A stretch of DNA of 64,000 nt from an uncultured bacterium. Its GTDB lineage: Bacteria > Patescibacteriota > Minisyncoccia > UBA6257 > 2-01-FULL-56-20. The stretch covers positions 102,753 through 166,752 of the forward strand of contig OY970126.1 in the NCBI GenBank assembly GCA_963705915.1. The letters are read 5' to 3'. The notes below the pieces were generated by a model. That model was not told where the DNA came from and made no database searches. It saw nothing but the letters and a program-made list of their open reading frames with translations. Of this stretch, positions 57,631 through 64,000 are shown piece by piece. Both the position numbers and the translations under genes were made by a program. Position 1 is the first letter of the stretch; the number at the start of each line of letters is the position of its first letter.

Positions 57631-60600
57631 TCAAGCCTCTTCCAGCTTTTTTGCTTTCTCGCAAATCATTTTAAGCTCGCCGTCGCGTCGCGAAATTTTT
57701 CCTTCAACAACAACAACGGCATTTTCCGTCCAGGCCGATGCCGTTTTTTCGAGAACGCTGTTGAACACCACAATCTCCATCGGCTGTTGGGCAAGATCCT
57801 CGATCGTCACAAACATCATGGGTTGGCCGCTCTTTGTGAATATCTTATGGATTTTCGAAACAAGGCCAGCGGTGCGGACCAGTTTTTTCTCATCATGGAT
57901 GGCGGCAAGCTCAGCGATGGGTTTCGCCTGATAGTGCTTGATCATATCGGCGTGCGCGGTCATCGGATGGTCGGAAATGAAGAACCCGATCAGTTCTTTT
58001 TCCCAGGCAAGCTTTTCTCCCGGCGCCGCCGGCGCCGTCGGCTTTAGCTTGAGATTAAATTTTGGCGTCGCATCGCCAAAAAGAGAATTCGATCCGTTCA
58101 TGGCGCCCCCGCGCTTCATGGCGGTTGCGAATTTGAGGATTTCATCGATGTTTTCGAGCGCTTGTTTCCGCTCAACGCCAAGCGAGTCCAACGCGCCGCT
58201 CTTCACTAAACTTTCGATGGATTTTTTATTGAGATCCTTGTGTTGGTTTCGCGTGAGAAACTCTTCGAAGTTTTTGAACGGACCATTGCGCGTGCGTTCT
58301 TCGATGATCGCCCGGGTGATTTCCGAGCCGACATTTTTGATCGCAAGCAATCCAAAACGAATCTTGTCGCCTTCGGGCGCAAAATTGATATAGCTGCTGT
58401 TGATATCCGGGGGTAAGATGGTGAGGCCGGATATTTTTGCTTCTTGGATAAGAAATGAAATTCGCTCGATGTCGTTCATTTCGGCATTGAGAAGCGCGGC
58501 CATGAACTCTTCCGGATAGTTGGCTTTGAGATAGGCGGTCCGATATGCGGTTGTTGCGTAGCAGGCGCTGTGCGCTTTGTTGAATCCGTAGCGGGCAAAT
58601 GGTTCGATGAGCGCCCATGCCTTTTCAGCCGTCTTTTCAGGAATATTATTCTTGAGCGCGCCCTTCACAAACTTTTCCTCTTGCTCGTTAAGAAGTGTTT
58701 TGATTTTTTTGGCGACGGCTTTGATGAGAAGATAGCCTTCGCCGCGGGTGAGGCCCGCAAGCTTCGTGGCAAGATCCATCACCTGTTCCTGATATACGAT
58801 GACGCCGTACGTCGTTTTGAGCGTTTCCTCCATCACGGGATGGACGTACGTTATTTTTTCCTGTCCGTGTTTGCGCTTGATATAGCTCGGAATAAGTTCC
58901 ATCGGGCCTGGGCGGAACAAGGCGACGAGCGCGATCAGGTCTTCGAGGCCGGTCGGTTTCAGGTCTTTCATATAGCGGCGCATGCCGGAACTTTCGAATT
59001 GAAAAACGCCAGTCGTGTCGCCGCGCTGGAGTAATGCAAACGTCTTCGGATCGTCGAGCGGTATAGAAGAAATGTCGAGCTGCACGCCGTGAAGGTCTTT
59101 GATAATCCGGACGGCGTCTTCGATGATGCTCAGGTTTTTGAGCCCAAGGAAATCGATTTTAAGAAGACCGAGATCTTCGATGGCATGCATCTCGAACTGG
59201 GTGATCGTCGTGTCTTTTTCTTGCGGTGCAAATTGGATGGGTACCCGTTCAACGAGTTGATCTTTTGCGATCACCGTTGCGCACGCATGGACCGAAGCGT
59301 GGCGTGCGACGCCCTCAAGATGTCGGGCGGTGTCAATCAGCCGTTTCGCTTCGGGGTTCGTTTCGTAAATCGTTTTAAGTTCCTGCACCTTTTCCAAGCA
59401 TTCATCGAGCCATCCTTCTTTCATGCCTTGCGTTGGGTTGAAGGGGATGAGCTTTGCGATCTGATCGCAGAAGGCATAGGAATATCCCATCGCACGGCCG
59501 GCATCGCGGATGGCAGCGCGGGCCGCCATCGTTCCGAACGTTATAATGCGCGCAACGCGGTCTTCGCCGTATTTTTCGCGGGCATACGCGAGCACTTCGT
59601 CCCGACGGGTGTCGGCGAAGTCGATGTCGATATCGGGCATCTGTATACGTTCGGGGTTGAGGAACCGCTCGAAGAGCAGATTGTAGCGCAGGGGATCAAT
59701 ATCGGTGATTCTAAGGATATAGGAAACCAAGCTGCCCGCAGCCGATCCTCGGCCGGGTCCGACGGCAATGCCGTGCGCTTTCGCCCAGTTGACGAGGTCT
59801 TGTACGATAAGAAAATAATCGGCAAAGCCTGTTTTCTCGATGACGCCGAGTTCGTAGTCCAGTCGTTTTGTAATCTCCGGATCCTCGCTGCCTTTTGGAA
59901 AGCGGAGCGGCAATCGTTCGTCGACGAGTTCGCGAAGATATGCATTGGCTGTCTTTCCGTCTGGTTTTGGAAAATCGGGGAGCAGCGTTTTGCCAAGTTC
60001 CAGCTCAACGTTACACCGCTCGGCAATTTCAGCAGTCCGCGCAATGGCGGCTTCGCCGCCAGGAATGCTCGCAAATTTTTCCGCCATCGCCGCGGGCGAC
60101 AGCACGGAAAAATCGTCTTCTTTCATGCTCATCCGATCATCGTCGGAAAGCCGGTTGCCGGTTTGCACGGCAAGGAGAACGTCGTGATAGTCGCGATCTT
60201 CAGATCGTAGATAGTGGCTGTCCTGCGTTGCGACGAGTGGTATGCCGGTTTCCTCGGAAAGTTTTATGAGCAGAGGCTCGACTTTTTCCGAGTCCGCCAC
60301 GTTCGGGTGTTTTTGCAGTTCCAAGAAATAATTTCCTTTGCCAAAGATTTCTTGATAGTCGAGTGCGCATTTTTTTGCCTCTTCGTATTTACCGGCGAGA
60401 AGGCAGCTCGCAATTTCGCCGCCGAGACATGCGGAAAGGGCGATCAAGCCCTCATGATGTTCGCGGAGCAAATCTTTGTCGACGCGGGGACGGTAATAAA
60501 ATCCTTCAAGATGGGCCTTCGAAACAAGTTTTATCAAATTTTTCCAGCCAACCTGATTTTCTGCGAGCAGGATGAGATGGTAATAACGTTCGTTCGATTC

Positions 60601-60837
60601 TTTTGAAAAGCGATCTCGCGGCGCAACGTAGGTCTCAACACCCAAGATGGGTTTGATGCCATTCTTTTTCGCCGCCTTATAAAATTCAACAGCGCCATAG
60701 AGGACGCCGTGATCGGTGACTGCAATCGAATCCATTCCGAGCTCTTTTGTCCGCTCTACGAGCGCATCAATTTTGGTGAGCCCGTCGAGCAGGGAATAAT
60801 GCGAATGCGTATGAAGATGGGTAAATTTGGTTGGCAT
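57631..60837 (-). CDS. dnaE: DNA polymerase III alpha subunit
   Basis: FTHLHTHSHYSLLDG, GPGRGSAAGS, PDIDID, YGFNKAH. Confidence 0.97.
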   Translation of the reverse strand: MPTKFTHLHTHSHYSLLDGLTKIDALVERTKELGMDSIAVTDHGVLYGAVEFYKAAKKNGIKPILGVETYVAPRDRFSKESNERYYHLILLAENQVGWKNLIKLVSKAHLEGFYYRPRVDKDLLREHHEGLIALSACLGGEIASCLLAGKYEEAKKCALDYQEIFGKGNYFLELQKHPNVADSEKVEPLLIKLSEETGIPLVATQDSHYLRSEDRDYHDVLLAVQTGNRLSDDDRMSMKEDDFSVLSPAAMAEKFASIPGGEAAIARTAEIAERCNVELELGKTLLPDFPKPDGKTANAYLRELVDERLPLRFPKGSEDPEITKRLDYELGVIEKTGFADYFLIVQDLVNWAKAHGIAVGPGRGSAAGSLVSYILRITDIDPLRYNLLFERFLNPERIQMPDIDIDFADTRRDEVLAYAREKYGEDRVARIITFGTMAARAAIRDAGRAMGYSYAFCDQIAKLIPFNPTQGMKEGWLDECLEKVQELKTIYETNPEAKRLIDTARHLEGVARHASVHACATVIAKDQLVERVPIQFAPQEKDTTITQFEMHAIEDLGLLKIDFLGLKNLSIIEDAVRIIKDLHGVQLDISSIPLDDPKTFALLQRGDTTGVFQFESSGMRRYMKDLKPTGLEDLIALVALFRPGPMELIPSYIKRKHGQEKITYVHPVMEETLKTTYGVIVYQEQVMDLATKLAGLTRGEGYLLIKAVAKKIKTLLNEQEEKFVKGALKNNIPEKTAEKAWALIEPFARYGFNKAHSACYATTAYRTAYLKANYPEEFMAALLNAEMNDIERISFLIQEAKISGLTILPPDINSSYINFAPEGDKIRFGLLAIKNVGSEITRAIIEERTRNGPFKNFEEFLTRNQHKDLNKKSIESLVKSGALDSLGVERKQALENIDEILKFATAMKRGGAMNGSNSLFGDATPKFNLKLKPTAPAAPGEKLAWEKELIGFFISDHPMTAHADMIKHYQAKPIAELAAIHDEKKLVRTAGLVSKIHKIFTKSGQPMMFVTIEDLAQQPMEIVVFNSVLEKTASAWTENAVVVVEGKISRRDGELKMICEKAKKLEEA

Positions 60838-60939
60838 AGTTCTTTCAGGCCTTTCGGCCGTCGTTGCCCCCGCAAGCGAGGATGCAGAACGTTGAAAATT
60901 CCTTTACATTTTACTATAGCTCTATAATATATGAAAGTC

Positions 60940-61011
60940 GCCGGAGTAGCTCAATGGCAGAGCAGCGCTTTTGTAAAGCGAAGGTTGGAGGTTCGACTCC
61001 TCTCTCCGGCT
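60940..61011 (+). tRNA. tRNA-Thr(TGT)
   Basis: GCCGGAG...loop TTTGTAA...GGTTCGACTCC...CTCCGGC T cloverleaf. Confidence 0.93.
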
Positions 61012-61075
61012 CATGGATAGCGCCGTCGCTGTTTTTTTAATCAATTTTTAATCTTGCGTTGTTATACTGGGTTGA

Positions 61076-61660
61076 ATGATAGAAAGGTCCGTACTTTCAG
61101 GCTTGTATAAAGATCGTCAAAAATCAATGCAAGAAATTGCAGATTTTTTAGGTTGCTCGTTGCACCAAGTCGTTTTTTGGATGAAAAAATATGGTATCAA
61201 GGCTCGAAGTCGTAGCGAGGCCATCTATATAAAAAATAACCCCAACGGCGATCCGTTCAGCGTCGATCTTTCAAGCGATCCAGAAAAAATGAAACTCCTT
61301 GGATTAGGTATCGGACTTTATTGGGGTGAAGGAACAAAAGCAAGCAAGGGATCAATTCGGCTAGGTAACACAGATCCGAAACTTATTAAAACTTTTATAG
61401 AGTTTCTTGAGAAGATATTTCATATCAAAAGAGATAAGCTAAAGTTTGGATTGCAGTTATTTACTGACATCACTATTAACGAAGCGCTGGACTTTTGGAC
61501 CAAAAAACTTAATATACAAAGGAGCCAAATCAACAAGCCAGTAATTACAAAGTCTGGTTCGTTGGGTACTTATCGAAAGAAGAGCCAATACGGCGTACTG
61601 ACGGTTATGTATCACAACAAAAAGCTCAGAGACATTCTGATGGGTTTATTGCCGATGTAG
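61076..61660 (+). CDS. HTH plus LAGLIDADG-like homing endonuclease family protein
   Basis: N-terminal HTH (SMQEIADFLGCS), motif GIGLYWGEG, GNTDP.LI..F..FL; stop codon inside the downstream tRNA. Confidence 0.75.
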   Translation: MIERSVLSGLYKDRQKSMQEIADFLGCSLHQVVFWMKKYGIKARSRSEAIYIKNNPNGDPFSVDLSSDPEKMKLLGLGIGLYWGEGTKASKGSIRLGNTDPKLIKTFIEFLEKIFHIKRDKLKFGLQLFTDITINEALDFWTKKLNIQRSQINKPVITKSGSLGTYRKKSQYGVLTVMYHNKKLRDILMGLLPM

Positions 61661-61917
61661 CTCAGTTGGTAGAGCAACTCCATGGTAGACCGAGAGGTCG
61701 TGCCCACGATTAAGGAAACTTATTCGTGAATCCCGAATTACGGTCAAAGACCTTCGCGGGTTAAGACCGTGGCGAGTGCATATTCGCCCGAACGACTGAC
61801 AAGGGGCGCTACGCTGCAAACAGTATGCGCAAGATACAGTCTAATCCTCATATAAGATGTTCGAAGTTGAGGTATCAATGAAGGAGTAGGTCGCCGGTTC
61901 AAATCCGGCCATCGGCT
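61651..61917 (+). tRNA. tRNA-Thr(GGT), intron-split (exons 61651-61686 and 61881-61917)
   Basis: Joined exons give a canonical 73-nt cloverleaf GCCGATG...ACTCC-ATGGT|AA-GGAGT...CATCGGC T. Confidence 0.92.
61687..61880 (+). ncRNA. Group I self-splicing intron, 194 nt
   Basis: 5' exon ends in U and intron ends in G; P1 with U-G wobble; P4 ACGGTC/GACCGT; P7 GACTG/CAGTC; J8/7 AAGATA. Confidence 0.88.
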
Positions 61918-61958
61918 CAAGGTTGATTTTTTCTGCCGGGCATAGTACGATATTCCCC

Positions 61959-62138
61959 ATGGCTAAAGTAAAACGAGCCGATCGGTTGATCACTCTGCGC
62001 TGCTCCGTTTGCAAGCGGCGTAATTACTATACGAACAAAAACAAGAAAGTTGTTGAGCGTAAAATTGAATTGCAAAAGTTCTGCAACTGGTGCCGTGCAA
62101 AAACCCTCCACAAAGAGGCTCGCATCACCGGAAAGTAA
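61959..62138 (+). CDS. rpmG: 50S ribosomal protein L33
   Basis: ITL.CSVC..RNY.T.KN, LQKFC..C...TLHKE. Confidence 0.95.
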   Translation: MAKVKRADRLITLRCSVCKRRNYYTNKNKKVVERKIELQKFCNWCRAKTLHKEARITGK

Positions 62139-62181
62139 AAAATTGCGCTCCGCCTCAAAACGGGGCACAATTTTTAGGTAG

Positions 62182-62255
62182 GGGAGCTTAGTTAAATGGT
62201 ATAACTGCGGTCTCCAAAACCGCCGTCGGAGGTCCGATTCCTCCAGCTCCCGCCA
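62182..62255 (+). tRNA. tRNA-Trp(CCA)
   Basis: GGGAGCT...GCGGT CTCCAAA ACCGC...AGCTCCC G CCA; T-loop TCCGATT. Confidence 0.92.
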
Positions 62256-62296
62256 ATACACATCGCTCGCGAAAGCCGGAATGCTACACTAAAAGT

Positions 62297-63832
62297 ATGA
62301 AAAAGATAGGCATTTGGGTGGCCGTGATAGCGTTCATCGTAGTTTTCCCTCATAGCTTTATTGCAAACGCGCAGAATGTTCCGCCGCCAACGGTGCCGAC
62401 GGGAGTTTCTGCATACATCACCCAAGCAGGACAAGTATATGTTTCCTGGAATCCAGCCTCGAGCACCATCGGGATCGAAGGATATTATCTTTATCGCGAC
62501 GGACAAGAAATTGCGAACACGCCCGGTTTGCTTTTTTATACCGACAATGCGCCGGCCGGTAGTCACACCTACAGCGTGAGCGCTTACGATTCGGAAGGCA
62601 ACACCTCGGGGCAGTCTGCGCCGTCCCAGGTTATAACCCTTGTGCAAGACCAACCGCCGACCGCTCCCACGAACATCACGTTCATTCCGTCGTCTTCGTC
62701 GGTAGCTTTTTCTTGGGATGCTGCCACGGATAACATTGCGGTCATCGGCTACTACATCTATCGCAACGGCCAAAAATTAATTCTGCAGAATGCGATCACC
62801 GGCACAAGCTTCACCGATACCGGACTTGCAACAGGCTACACCTATAGCTATCAAATCGGAGCGTACAACGCGCAAGGGTACATCACGCGATCAGCGCCGA
62901 TAAACGTGACAACAATTTTTGACATAACGCCGCCGTCGGCGCCAAGCAACGTGACAGCAAAAGCGATTTCATCTTCTGAGATAGACCTTTCCTGGCATCC
63001 CGCAACGGACAATATTGCCGTTGTGAATTATGCCGTATATAGAAATAGTCAGCTGCTCGGTTATGTAAACGGCACGAGTACAACCTACGCTGACACAGGG
63101 TTGTCGGCTAACACCTTATATTCATATCAAATTCAGTCGGTTGATGAAGTTGGCAATGTTTCCACGTTGAGCATCCCGCCAGCAACCGCATCGACGCAGC
63201 CGCAGGATCTCACGCCGCCATCGATCCCATCGAATATCCAATATGTTTCGCCCTCGACTTCAGAGATCGATCTTTCGTGGCATTCCTCAACCGACAACGT
63301 CGGTGTCGCCGGATATTATATCTATCGAGACGGAAACGAAATTGGGAGTACGGCCTCTACAACCTATGCCGACACCGGCCTTGCAACCGACACAACCTAT
63401 CAATATGCCATAAAGGCATACGATGCTGCAGGAAATATTTCCCCGCAGCAATCGATTGGCGCGACAACGCTCATCAATAATCCCGTGGCGCCGATGCAGA
63501 CGAGCACGCCGCCGCAAGTGCCGCCATCTTCTCCGCCGCCAAGTACGCCTCCGTATTCACCACCGTCAACGCCGCCGCAAACGCCGATGTTCACGTTCAC
63601 AACCGGACTTTACTTCGGCATGCGTGGGGCGAATATAGTTGATTTACAAACGGTGCTTATAGCACAAGGCGACCTTGGCTCGCAATATGCAACCGGCTAC
63701 TTTGGCTTACTCACGCAGGCGGGGGTCCAGAAGTTCCAATGTTCGAAAGGCATCGTTTGTTCGGGGAGTCCCTACACGAACGGCTATGGTTCCGTTGGCC
63801 CCCGCACGCGGGCCGCGTTGAACTCGCTCTAA
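62297..63832 (+). CDS. Secreted protein with four fibronectin-III repeats and C-terminal peptidoglycan-binding domain
   Basis: Signal peptide, repeated LSW....DN..V.GY.IYR.G and Y.Y.I.AYD, Pro-rich linker, TGYFG.LT..GV.KFQ and VGPRTRA.LN. Confidence 0.88.
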   Translation: MKKIGIWVAVIAFIVVFPHSFIANAQNVPPPTVPTGVSAYITQAGQVYVSWNPASSTIGIEGYYLYRDGQEIANTPGLLFYTDNAPAGSHTYSVSAYDSEGNTSGQSAPSQVITLVQDQPPTAPTNITFIPSSSSVAFSWDAATDNIAVIGYYIYRNGQKLILQNAITGTSFTDTGLATGYTYSYQIGAYNAQGYITRSAPINVTTIFDITPPSAPSNVTAKAISSSEIDLSWHPATDNIAVVNYAVYRNSQLLGYVNGTSTTYADTGLSANTLYSYQIQSVDEVGNVSTLSIPPATASTQPQDLTPPSIPSNIQYVSPSTSEIDLSWHSSTDNVGVAGYYIYRDGNEIGSTASTTYADTGLATDTTYQYAIKAYDAAGNISPQQSIGATTLINNPVAPMQTSTPPQVPPSSPPPSTPPYSPPSTPPQTPMFTFTTGLYFGMRGANIVDLQTVLIAQGDLGSQYATGYFGLLTQAGVQKFQCSKGIVCSGSPYTNGYGSVGPRTRAALNSL

Positions 63833-63844
63833 ATAACCGCCGGG

Positions 63845-63872
63845 TTGACATTTATTCTGGTTCGGCTATACT
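63845..63872 (+). promoter_or_regulatory. Sigma70 promoter
   Basis: TTGACA-16-TATACT. Confidence 0.65.
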
Positions 63873-63878
63873 GCTATC

Positions 63879-63997
63879 AATTCCAATGACGCATGGGTTG
63901 TGGCTCAAGCCGAGAGGCTTGGATCGCATAAATCCCGGCCGAGGATAATCAAATAGCTTTGATTATTGTCGTAGCGCCTTTGGAAAGGCGTTTTTTA
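63879..63997 (+). ncRNA. Candidate structured RNA or attenuated leader
   Basis: Hairpins CAAGCC-GAGA-GGCTTG and GATAATCAAA-TAGC-TTTGATTATT, then terminator GCGCCTT-TGGA-AAGGCGT-TTTTT. Confidence 0.5.
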
Positions 63998-64000
63998 TTA

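Overview
Bacterial chromosomal window using genetic code 11. Gene content and style point to Patescibacteria/CPR, Parcubacteria-like (inference): compact housekeeping genes, short UvrC, HTH-LAGLIDADG ORF beside tRNAs and atypical EF-P. It holds a DNA-repair cluster (mpg, nth, frameshifted uvrB, uvrA, uvrC) and proS-mreBCD-mrdA-galT-rplU. It also has tpiA, murB, hpf, secA, two ECF sigma modules (one heading a MacAB-like ABC operon), a zwf-gnd fusion with PGI/PMI, two GH130 genes and rpsP-khpA-efp-mnmA. An AT-rich island with a SIR2-domain gene precedes lysS and dnaE, then a tRNA-Thr/rpmG/tRNA-Trp region. The most unusual signals are non-coding. (1) Two loci 27 kb apart (25.6-25.9 kb, + strand; 52.6-52.8 kb, - strand) share one architecture: promoter -> small RNA (segment A, hairpin, segment B, terminator) -> second promoter -> structured RNA whose loop is complementary to A and then B. 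At one locus that RNA is an Ala-identity tRNA-like molecule with a 9-nt anticodon loop, between direct repeats of the mnmA 3' end. (2) A 194-nt group I intron splits tRNA-Thr(GGT), next to a free-standing LAGLIDADG-like ORF whose stop codon lies inside the tRNA. (3) Many genes look leaderless (-10 box 6-7 nt before ATG). All calls were made by eye; no searches or folding programs were run.
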